The notes beneath the pieces are model-generated. The model was not told the DNA's origin. It saw only the letters and a program-made list of their open reading frames with translations, and did no database searches. The translations under genes and the position numbers were made by a program. Of a stretch of 15,373 bases of DNA, positions 1 to 7,260 are shown one piece after another. This stretch comes from Cyanobacteria bacterium J06626_4 (GTDB lineage: Bacteria > Cyanobacteriota > Cyanobacteriia > Phormidesmidales > Phormidesmidaceae), in assembly GCA_038523235.1 (NCBI GenBank), contig JBCBJQ010000127.1, forward strand, positions 1-15,373. Reading direction: 5' to 3'. The first letter of the stretch is position 1. Each line of letters begins with the position of its first letter.

Positions 1-135
1 TTCTTCAGCATTTATTAGGCAGGCTAGAGAGAGGAGGCAGACAGAAAATTTTTCCTCTCTTCAGAAAAAATGATATCGGCATCTTTAGACTCAGAGTCTT
101 TTATCGGAAAAACATCCTGTCTCTGCCGGTACTAA

Positions 136-217
136 CTCAGCCAGGAGTTTGAGCGGGGTGTTCACTTCTCAAGTTTTTGAACCGGGAATTAGCGAACACG
201 CTCTAAATTCAGCTGAG
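136..217 (+). other. Long imperfect stem-loop (~30 bp paired in 82 nt) in non-coding DNA; candidate structured RNA or degenerate palindromic element
   Basis: Nested pairings: CTCAGC 136-141/GCTGAG 212-217; GAGTTT 145-150/AAATTC 205-210; GAGCG 151-155/CGCTC 199-203; TGTTC 159-163/GAACA 194-198; TTCTC 166-170/GGGAA 184-188. The G-U wobbles fit the + strand. No RNA family recognised. Confidence 0.35.
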
Positions 218-395
218 ACTTGATAGAAACGCGGTGTTATAGCCAAGTGCCGATCTTTAGAGCAGCCGTCTTTCCGGATTGGCGGTGCGAAGCTGAGCCC
301 ATGCCGCCTTGCCAGCGAATGCATGAAATCGAGCTCAGCGGCAGCCTAGAGAACTGGAATCGGGCATACTAGGCGAACTGTAATGCCCGCCATTT

Positions 396-1670
396 ATGAG
401 CATCCACGATTCTGCGTCGATTGCCCCGCCTGTATCACCAGCGGCACTGGCCACCGCGCTGAACGAACACTCTGGGACAAAGCGCTTTCGGATGATTGTG
501 TGCCAAGGCAATGGCGAATTGCGCATCTTTGTAGAAGGCGCGACGCTGCCCAACAAAACGCAATGGCTACCGAAAGTGTGTCAATTGCTGCGTCAGGTCG
601 GCCTGAAGACGACTGCCCCGATCTATCTCTACGGGCGACAAATTGGTGATATCTTGCCGCGCTGGCAACAGCGTTTGGCCTTCAATCCGGCCTCAACGAA
701 CCCAGCAACCACGCGCATTCAGGCAACCGCTGCCGCGCATTCTGAGCCTGCGGCACCAACTCTCACGGCGTCGAGTACTGCCCGGACGAGGCTGCTGGGC
801 CAAAGCGAGGCTGCTGTGAAAAAGACGCAGCGAGTTGCCCCATCAGCGTCACAGAGATCGCCCCTCGCACAATCGCCGCGCTCTCAGAGTCGTCAGCCAC
901 AGTGGTCAGCCCTGCAATGGGGGGCGATCGCCGCTGGGGCACCGGTAATGGTCGTGCTGGCCGCTGTGGGCCTGCGGTCATTACTGCCGTCATCTTCTAC
1001 GGCTGTGGCTGACGGGTATGCGTTGCAATTTGATGGCGTTGATGACATTGCGATCGCGCCCCAATCTCAGCTACCCGACTTCGTCGCGACCGAGGCGGGG
1101 TTCTCCGTTTCTGGATGGATTTACCCCACCCAATTCAACCGATATGGCCGAATTGTCGAACGGTCAGACAATGATTTTGATGATCGCCTGATTCTGGCCG
1201 TTGACCATGAGAAAAAAGGCATTCATCTCAACGTCAATCGCAATATCGCGATCGCCACCGGCCTGCCCCTAAACGAGTGGAGCCATGTCGCAGGCACCTA
1301 CGACGGCGAGTCAATTCGCGTGTATATCAATGGAGAACTTGGAGCAGAGACCCCCTATGAGGGCGCCCCCCTGGAGCTGACCGAATCTGACTTTTGGCTG
1401 GGGAACAATCGCCAAAATACGCGCCCCTATGCAGGCTATCTCAAAGACATTCAACTCTGGCAACGGGCATTGACGTCTGCCGAGATTCAACAGGCGCTAG
1501 CGCAAACGCCTTCGGCTGAGGCAGCGGAACTATTGGCCTCTTGGCCCTTTGCCGAGGAGACCTCAGATGCGGCGATCGCTGATCAAGTGCAGAAAATTCC
1601 CGTCACACTGCAAAACGCGACGGCCCCTCAAACTGCAGCAGGAGGCCCGCAAGTGGTGCAAAGTCCCTAA
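396..1670 (+). CDS. Membrane-anchored LamG-like jellyroll (concanavalin A-like, Laminin_G_3 type) protein with an uncharacterised N-terminal domain
   Basis: 424-aa ORF. The C-terminal half has LamG motifs YALQFDGVDD, FSVSGWIYP, NEWSHVAGTYDGESIRVYINGEL and YAGYLKDIQLWQRALTSAEI. A single hydrophobic helix (WGAIAAGAPVMVVLAAVGL) follows an A/S/T/P/Q-rich linker. Four HIP1 sites. Confidence 0.85.
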   Translation: MSIHDSASIAPPVSPAALATALNEHSGTKRFRMIVCQGNGELRIFVEGATLPNKTQWLPKVCQLLRQVGLKTTAPIYLYGRQIGDILPRWQQRLAFNPASTNPATTRIQATAAAHSEPAAPTLTASSTARTRLLGQSEAAVKKTQRVAPSASQRSPLAQSPRSQSRQPQWSALQWGAIAAGAPVMVVLAAVGLRSLLPSSSTAVADGYALQFDGVDDIAIAPQSQLPDFVATEAGFSVSGWIYPTQFNRYGRIVERSDNDFDDRLILAVDHEKKGIHLNVNRNIAIATGLPLNEWSHVAGTYDGESIRVYINGELGAETPYEGAPLELTESDFWLGNNRQNTRPYAGYLKDIQLWQRALTSAEIQQALAQTPSAEAAELLASWPFAEETSDAAIADQVQKIPVTLQNATAPQTAAGGPQVVQSP

Positions 1671-1801
1671 ATCATCCTCCCTCCAGGCTGTCTCATCCGG
1701 TTAAGTCCCGATTCTGCTGGTGCTGATCAGCAGTAGAAACCGAGTTTTTTCTCACTATCTCCATCCCGTTCACGCTGTCGAAATGCTTCCCGATACCGAC
1801 C

Positions 1802-3553
1802 ATGACTGATGCCACCCTGAGAGCACGAGCCGGACAAGGTGATCCGACCGCTATTGCCACCCTGCTCAATCGCTCACTACAAGCCCAAAACCTGCAGGCG
1901 CAGGTGCATCGTCAACACGATCAGCTGCTGGTGAGTCTCAGCGGCTCCAGTGGGCCGCCCCAGCAGCGCACCATCGTCCCCAGAATTGTGCAAGGTTTGC
2001 AGCGGTTAGGGGTGCAAGGGATTCGCCTAGTTCATATTCGCGCCGTTAACGCGGGGGACTCGACAGTTCTGTGGCAAACTCGCACGCTGCTCCGCCCTGA
2101 GTCCGCCACGACGGCCCCGGCAGCGACACCGCTGACCGCCTCTGCAGCCCATGAGAGGGCCACGGAGCCCGAAAGTCCGCCGCGATCGCCTACCCTCACC
2201 CCGGAGAACATTGACCCAGCCTCTCCAGGGACTGATCGCGGCAATGCTCAGCCCCTGGCCGGGGCGAGCCGGTCGATTGCCCCAGTTGAACCGTCGTCTC
2301 ATTTAATTTTGCCTGGGTGGAGCTTTTGGTTCGGCTGGGGAGTGATGGTGTTTCTCGGCCACTCTTTAGGCAGTAGTTTTGGCACCAGGCTGTTTTACAT
2401 CATTCACTCGAGTGGGTATTTCACCACGTTCGGCCAGGAGGCATTGATCTATAGCCTGATAGGGGTGGGGCAGTGGTTCGTGTTACGGCAAGACGTGAGT
2501 TGGGCCAAGCAGTGGCTGCAGGCAACGGTCACCGGGGCGATCGCCACCAGCCTATTGCAATTGCTCTGGCTCATGCTGAGGCGTTGGGAGTGGAGCCTGC
2601 CTTTACCCTCGGTGATAGTTCTGGTCATCGAGGTAGCACTCATGGCGCCGCTCTTCTGGCTGCAGTGGCGCGTCTTGCGCCGTCAGTTGGGGGCAGAATC
2701 AGCCAGCCTTTGGGTGCGCTCGGTGGCAGTCATGACGTTTTTAGCTCTCTTTCTTCAAGACTTGACGCCAGCAACGCTGACGCCGTTGCGGCTCGATCTG
2801 CGGCGGCTCTGGTCACTGGGCCTATGGTTAGGCAGCGGGGGCGTCATGGTTTATTTACTCCGCCAGTCACGCCTGGAATTGCTCAAGCTCAATCGCTTTA
2901 CGGATGCCAACACTCGGCGTCGCCTGTTGCAACAGCGGGCTAGCATCAATGGCCGCTTTTTCTTGGTATGGGTGGGGCTCACCCTAGCTGGCTGGACTGT
3001 CAGTGCTATCGCATCAGGACTGTTAGCGATGGCCACCTTCGGCCTCAGTGGCCTGTTTTCGGTGGCGGTCTTAATGGGCATTGGGGCGGCTTTTCAGTCG
3101 ATTGCCCTGCAAAACCGGATAAATCAGCCCGGATTTTGGCTCAAGACGACCCTCAGTAGCGCGGTTGGCATGACTCTGATCGGCTTGGTTTTATCACTAT
3201 TTTTTGGTGGCTTGGCCTTGCGGTCAATTGCCATGAGCAGCACTCCGGGGGCGGGCTATTGGGCCTATTTAAGTGTTTTGGGCATCGGTGCACTGTCGAT
3301 GGTGTTAGTGTGGGTGGCAGTTATCGCCGCTCAAAGTCGAGTGTTGTTTACCCAGGGCTATCGCCCCACCTGGTGGCTGCTCATCCATTTGGGAGGATTG
3401 TTGACCCTCGGGTCTGATGTGTTTTTGCAACAGGCGTTTGCGATTTGGGGGCTGGTCTTGATCTGGGTGTTCGTGCCAGCAGCGACGATGGTTTGGCTCA
3501 TGGGCTATCCCAGAACCCTGCATCCTCAGCCAGGCATCTGGACGCATTATTAA
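1802..3553 (+). CDS. Polytopic (~12 TM) membrane protein of unknown function with a soluble N-terminal domain and Pro-rich linker
   Basis: 583-aa ORF from ATG. N-terminal GQGDPTAIATLLNRSL...WQ domain, then a P/A/T/S linker, then about 12 hydrophobic segments with recurring Q-x-x-(V/A)-L...W motifs. Confidence 0.8.
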   Translation: MTDATLRARAGQGDPTAIATLLNRSLQAQNLQAQVHRQHDQLLVSLSGSSGPPQQRTIVPRIVQGLQRLGVQGIRLVHIRAVNAGDSTVLWQTRTLLRPESATTAPAATPLTASAAHERATEPESPPRSPTLTPENIDPASPGTDRGNAQPLAGASRSIAPVEPSSHLILPGWSFWFGWGVMVFLGHSLGSSFGTRLFYIIHSSGYFTTFGQEALIYSLIGVGQWFVLRQDVSWAKQWLQATVTGAIATSLLQLLWLMLRRWEWSLPLPSVIVLVIEVALMAPLFWLQWRVLRRQLGAESASLWVRSVAVMTFLALFLQDLTPATLTPLRLDLRRLWSLGLWLGSGGVMVYLLRQSRLELLKLNRFTDANTRRRLLQQRASINGRFFLVWVGLTLAGWTVSAIASGLLAMATFGLSGLFSVAVLMGIGAAFQSIALQNRINQPGFWLKTTLSSAVGMTLIGLVLSLFFGGLALRSIAMSSTPGAGYWAYLSVLGIGALSMVLVWVAVIAAQSRVLFTQGYRPTWWLLIHLGGLLTLGSDVFLQQAFAIWGLVLIWVFVPAATMVWLMGYPRTLHPQPGIWTHY

Positions 3554-3643
3554 GGCCATGGTTTGCTCAGCAGATTCAGCACTCCGCTACGTCAGTCTGA
3601 TAGAAATGATGCTCAATTGAACTTGCCCATTGTTCGCGCCTTG

Positions 3644-4528
3644 CTACTGCTCCCAGGGCGGCACAGGCTGGAATCGTTCAAGTAAGAAATCGATCATGGC
3701 GTGAACTTTCGGGGGAATGATGCGGCGGCTCGGATAGAGCAGCCAGATAGAGGCCTCTGTGACCAGCGGAAAGTCCGGCAGTATCTCAACGAGAAGGCCA
3801 GACTTTAGACTTTCGCTGGCATTCCAGACTGACTTGAGGCCAATTCCCATACCCTGTTCAAGCATTTTACGCATGGCCTCACCGTCGTTGACCGTGAACG
3901 ATCGCGGCACACTAATGGTCTGTCCGTTGGCAAACTGCCACCGATGGTTTTCGGCCAGAACGACGCATTGATGGGCGGCAAGATCGTCTGGCGTTGCAGG
4001 CATGCCATGCCGTTCAAGATAGGCCGGTGAGGCCACGAGCAGCCGTCGATCAGGGGCTAACTGGCGCACAATCAGACTGCTATCCACCAGCGGAGCATTC
4101 CGAATAATCAGGTCATAGGCCCCTTCGACCACATCCAGCACGGTATCCGATAGTCGTAAATCAAGACTGACCAAGGGATACCGGGCATGAAAATCGGCCA
4201 AGGCGGGAATGATATACATCCGGCCAAAGGAACCCGGCATGGTGATTCGCAGTAACCCCTCAGCGGCTGCCCCCTGTCCCTTGACTGCACTAAGCCCAGT
4301 TTCTAGCGTTTCGATCATCTGTTGCGCATAGGGCAAAAATGCCTCGCCATCAGTCGTCAGGGAGACGGCTCGGGTCGTGCGGTTGAACAAACGAAACCCC
4401 ACGGTTTCTTCGAGTTTGACTAGACGAGCACTGGCACTGGCAGGCGAAAGCGACAGGTCGTAGGCGGCGGCCGAGACGCTGCCCAGTTCGGCAATTCGCA
4501 AAAACAAACGGAACGATAAAGTATCCAT
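3644..4528 (-). CDS. LysR-family transcriptional regulator (CrgA-like substrate-binding domain)
   Basis: N-terminal wHTH (FLRIAELGSVSAAAYDLSLSPASASARLVKLEETVGFRLFNRTTRAVSLTTDG), plus GLLRITMP, DVVEGAYDLIIR, LVASPAYLERHGMPATPDDL and YPSRRIIPPKVHAMIDFL. Divergent from an enzyme operon. Confidence 0.95.
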   Translation of the reverse strand: MDTLSFRLFLRIAELGSVSAAAYDLSLSPASASARLVKLEETVGFRLFNRTTRAVSLTTDGEAFLPYAQQMIETLETGLSAVKGQGAAAEGLLRITMPGSFGRMYIIPALADFHARYPLVSLDLRLSDTVLDVVEGAYDLIIRNAPLVDSSLIVRQLAPDRRLLVASPAYLERHGMPATPDDLAAHQCVVLAENHRWQFANGQTISVPRSFTVNDGEAMRKMLEQGMGIGLKSVWNASESLKSGLLVEILPDFPLVTEASIWLLYPSRRIIPPKVHAMIDFLLERFQPVPPWEQ

Positions 4529-4632
4529 TTATCAAAAATATCCGAATTATCATTTCGATGAAAACCTGTTTATCTTCTCTGTCCGAATAATTATCATGCG
4601 AACAATGCTTCCATGACTCGACAGGAGACGGA
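4529..4632. promoter_or_regulatory. Divergent promoter region between the LysR gene and the operon; probable LysR binding sites; RBS AGGAG at 4623-4627
   Basis: 104-bp AT-rich gap between divergent starts. Imperfect direct repeat TCCGAATTATCAT (4541-4553) / TCCGAATAATTATCAT (4582-4597). The exact operator is inferred, not shown. Confidence 0.6.
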
Positions 4633-5643
4633 ATGATGAAAGCCATTGGGTATCAAGATGCGGGACCCATCACCGCCGCAAACGCTCTGATTGAATTTGC
4701 CACAGAGACACCCCAACCGGGGTCGAACGATTTGCTGGTGGAAGTGCGGGGCATTTCGGTTAATCCGGTCGATGTCAAAGTGCGGGCCAGCGCCCAGCCG
4801 GACAACGGGCCTCGCATTCTGGGTTTCGATGCCGCTGGGGTTGTGCAAGCCGTGGGCTCAGCCGTGACGCGATTTCGTCCCGGTGACGAAGTGTTTTATG
4901 CCGGTGACATTACCCGGCCCGGCACCAATGCGGAGTTGCACGTGGTGGATGAACGCCTTGTGGGTCGTAAGCCCGCGTCACTAGGGTTTGCCGAAGCGGC
5001 TGGTATGCCGCTGACTAGTATTACAGCCTGGGAGCTCCTGTTCGATAGTCTGGGCCTTAAAGAAGGTGAAGGCGCTGGGGAATCGCTGCTAGTAATCGGC
5101 GGTGCAGGCGGTGTTGGTTCAATCCTCATTCAACTTGCCAAGAAGCTTACGGGACTCACCGTGATTGCCACCGCCTCGCGGGAGGACACACGCGCTTGGG
5201 TGGAAAAGATGGGCGCTGATCGGGTAATCAATCACCGTAATCCACTTGACGAAGAGATGCAGGCTTTAGGCATTTCGCCCCGATATGTGGCCTCACTCAC
5301 CCATACTCAGCAACATTTCGCAGCCGTCGTAAAGCTGATCAAACCGCGCGGTCACATTGCCCTGATCGATGATCCGGACGCGCTCGATATCGCCGCCATC
5401 AAGCCCAAAGCGCTCTCTTTTAGCTGGGAGTTTATGTTTGCCCGGTCGATGTTTCAAACAGACGATATGGATGCACAACACCAGTTGCTCAATCGGGTTT
5501 CTGCGCTGTTGGACGATCGCACGTTGCTGTCCACAGTTAACCACCATGGCGGCACTCTAAATGTCGAAAACCTGCGGGCTGCCCACGAACTTCAGGAAAG
5601 TGGCAAGGCGATCGGCAAGACCGTTTTGGATGGCTTGAGCTAG
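4633..5643 (+). CDS. Medium-chain reductase of the 'zinc-binding alcohol dehydrogenase family' (TIGR02817-like), probably Zn-free and NADPH-dependent, quinone/enone reductase type
   Basis: [10 protein letters not shown] and ILGFDAAG lack the Cys/His Zn ligands. Also [26 protein letters not shown], Rossmann [24 protein letters not shown] and [24 protein letters not shown] upstream. Start could be 4633 or 4636. Confidence 0.92.
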   Translation: MMKAIGYQDAGPITAANALIEFATETPQPGSNDLLVEVRGISVNPVDVKVRASAQPDNGPRILGFDAAGVVQAVGSAVTRFRPGDEVFYAGDITRPGTNAELHVVDERLVGRKPASLGFAEAAGMPLTSITAWELLFDSLGLKEGEGAGESLLVIGGAGGVGSILIQLAKKLTGLTVIATASREDTRAWVEKMGADRVINHRNPLDEEMQALGISPRYVASLTHTQQHFAAVVKLIKPRGHIALIDDPDALDIAAIKPKALSFSWEFMFARSMFQTDDMDAQHQLLNRVSALLDDRTLLSTVNHHGGTLNVENLRAAHELQESGKAIGKTVLDGLS

Positions 5644-5721
5644 CGCGATCGCGTCAAACAATCGAACGTATTTCACAATTTACGGCCTATCGATGGGCCA
5701 ATCAAACCTAGGAGGCGACAG

Positions 5722-6012
5722 GTGTCTAAACTCACCGTTACCGGTAACATCCTTGCTAACCCTGACCAGATTGACCTGGTTAAAGCCGAGCTAGAGAAGC
5801 TCATCCCAATCACCCGTGCCGAAGCAGGCTGCCTGCAATATGACCTTCATCAGGACAACGAAAATCCGGCCTACTTCTTGTTCTATGAGAACTGGGAGTC
5901 TCGTGAACTCTGGCAAACTCACATGAACGCCCCCCACATGGCAGCCTACATGACGGCCACAGAAGGAGCCGTTGAAAAATTCTGGCTCCATGAGATGACA
6001 CATATTGCTTGA
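5722..6012 (+). CDS. ABM-domain protein (antibiotic biosynthesis monooxygenase / putative quinol monooxygenase, YgiN-like)
   Basis: 96 aa. TRAEAGCLQYDLHQDNENPAYFLFYENWES...HMNAPH is the ABM signature. GTG start with AGGAGG at 5710-5715. Confidence 0.9.
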   Translation: MSKLTVTGNILANPDQIDLVKAELEKLIPITRAEAGCLQYDLHQDNENPAYFLFYENWESRELWQTHMNAPHMAAYMTATEGAVEKFWLHEMTHIA

Positions 6013-6171
6013 TGACCAAGGGGCATCCAGTTAAGCCAGGAAACTTCAGCTAAGTAGAGAGCCAGAATCCAGTCATTTCTGGACACCTAGCTTTGGGTGC
6101 CCGAATGCTTTCGCTGCCTCAATTTCTCGTTTCAAGTTGCAAGCCATTAGTAGAACTGTAGGAGATTTCAC

Positions 6172-7017
6172 ATGAACTACGACAACTTCACCACGTTCAA
6201 CGTCAAGGTTGAAACCGCTATCGCTTGGGTCACCTTCGACTATCCCCCGGTTAATGTTCAAGGTCTGCCCATGCTTGCCGATCTGAATATGCTGGCCCAA
6301 AAACTCGAAGCCGATCGCGACATCAAGGTTGTGGTATTTCAATCCGCCCATCCTGAGATTTTCGTGGCCCATGCCGACACAAATTTTCTCAAGGATATGT
6401 CGGCAACTGCAGTCTCCCGTGAAGAGGTAAAACTGCTCGATTTGCAGGTGGTGTTGGAACGCATCAGTAAGTTGCCCCAAGCCACCATTGCCAAGATCGA
6501 AGGCTTTGCTCGCGGCGGCGGGCACGAATTTGCGCTGGCCTGCGATATGCGCTTTGCCGCCCGTGGTAAGGCTAAATTTATGCAGATGGAAGTTGGCATG
6601 GGGATTCTGCCCTGTGGTGGCGGTGCATCCCGGATGGCGCGTCAGGTCGGTCTCGGTCGGGCCTTAGAAATTGTTCTCGGTGCTCAAGACTTTGATGCGG
6701 ATCAAGCGGCAGCCTATGGCACCATCAACAAGGCTCTCGATCCAGACGAAATTGGCCCGTTTGTCGAAGCACTGGCTAACCGGATCGCCCTCTGGCCCGC
6801 TGAGTCGATCAATGCTTGCAAACAGACGGTCTATGCGTCGATTGATAAACCCATCGATGAAGCCCTGAAGGAAGAGGCGTATTGGCTTTATCAGGCAACC
6901 AGTCAAACCCCGGCACTGAAACGCTTTGCCTGGGCGGATGATAACGGTGCCCAGTTCGATATGAACAATCAACGGAGTTGGCCCGACATGGTCGTTAGTG
7001 TTCAGGAAGTTAACTAA
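6172..7017 (+). CDS. Enoyl-CoA hydratase/isomerase (crotonase superfamily) protein
   Basis: PPVN, FVAHAD (a variant of FCAGAD), IAKIEGFARGGGHEFALACDMRFA and MEVGMGILPCGGG. Both canonical catalytic Glu positions are present. RBS AGGAG at 6160-6164. Confidence 0.92.
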   Translation: MNYDNFTTFNVKVETAIAWVTFDYPPVNVQGLPMLADLNMLAQKLEADRDIKVVVFQSAHPEIFVAHADTNFLKDMSATAVSREEVKLLDLQVVLERISKLPQATIAKIEGFARGGGHEFALACDMRFAARGKAKFMQMEVGMGILPCGGGASRMARQVGLGRALEIVLGAQDFDADQAAAYGTINKALDPDEIGPFVEALANRIALWPAESINACKQTVYASIDKPIDEALKEEAYWLYQATSQTPALKRFAWADDNGAQFDMNNQRSWPDMVVSVQEVN

Positions 7018-7194
7018 ACCACGTCCAAGTTGAAAACTGGAGTTGTGTTTGCTTGGGAAAACCTCACCTCACCTCTCCTTCTCAAGGAGAGGAATCAGAG
7101 TCTAGCTAAGCCTCTCCTTGAGAAGGAGAGGTGCCGCAGGCGGTGAGGTCGCACAGGATGTCAAAACTCTACTTCTGAATCTGGATGAGGTTTA
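7015..7194. mobile_element. MITE-like non-autonomous element with TA-bounded imperfect terminal inverted repeats and an internal REP/REPIN-like double hairpin
   Basis: 7015-7044 (TAAACCACGTCCAAGTTGAAAACTGGAGTT) matches the reverse complement of 7165-7194 (TAAACCTCATCCAGATTCAGAAGTAGAGTT) at 22/30. Inside are ACCTCACC 7061-7068/GGTGAGGT 7142-7149 and a perfect 23-bp inverted pair, 7070-7092/7111-7133, each arm itself a hairpin (CCTCTCCTT-nnn-AAGGAGAGG). Confidence 0.65.
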
Positions 7195-7260
7195 ATCGAC
7201 AGTCAATGAATCCCTGGGGCGCAAACAGCGCCTCAGACTCGCTAGGAAGCGGAGTTCAGT

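Noticed and set aside
180..391. Cobalamin-riboswitch-like words (GGGAA, CGGTG, AACTGTAA, TGCCCGCC)
   Set aside because: Spacing is wrong, the AG(C/T)CAG element and core stems are missing, and the downstream gene is not B12-related.
1712..1750. Hairpin TTCTGCTG/CAGTAGAA with T6 nearby, as an intrinsic terminator
   Set aside because: The stem is weak and bulged, and the T-run starts 6 nt after it. Not supportable.
4584..4598. Fur-box-like AATAATTATCAT
   Set aside because: Only a partial match in AT-rich DNA, better explained by the local direct repeat. No iron-related genes nearby.
4633..7017. Assignment as acrylate/DMSP genes (acuI, acuK/acuH)
   Set aside because: The MDR motifs fit the TIGR02817-like group rather than YhdH/AcuI, and there is no CoA transferase or ddd gene. 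Gene symbols withheld.
7061..7149. CRISPR array or simple terminator
   Set aside because: Only two repeat units in inverted orientation, no spacer series, no cas genes and no U-tract.
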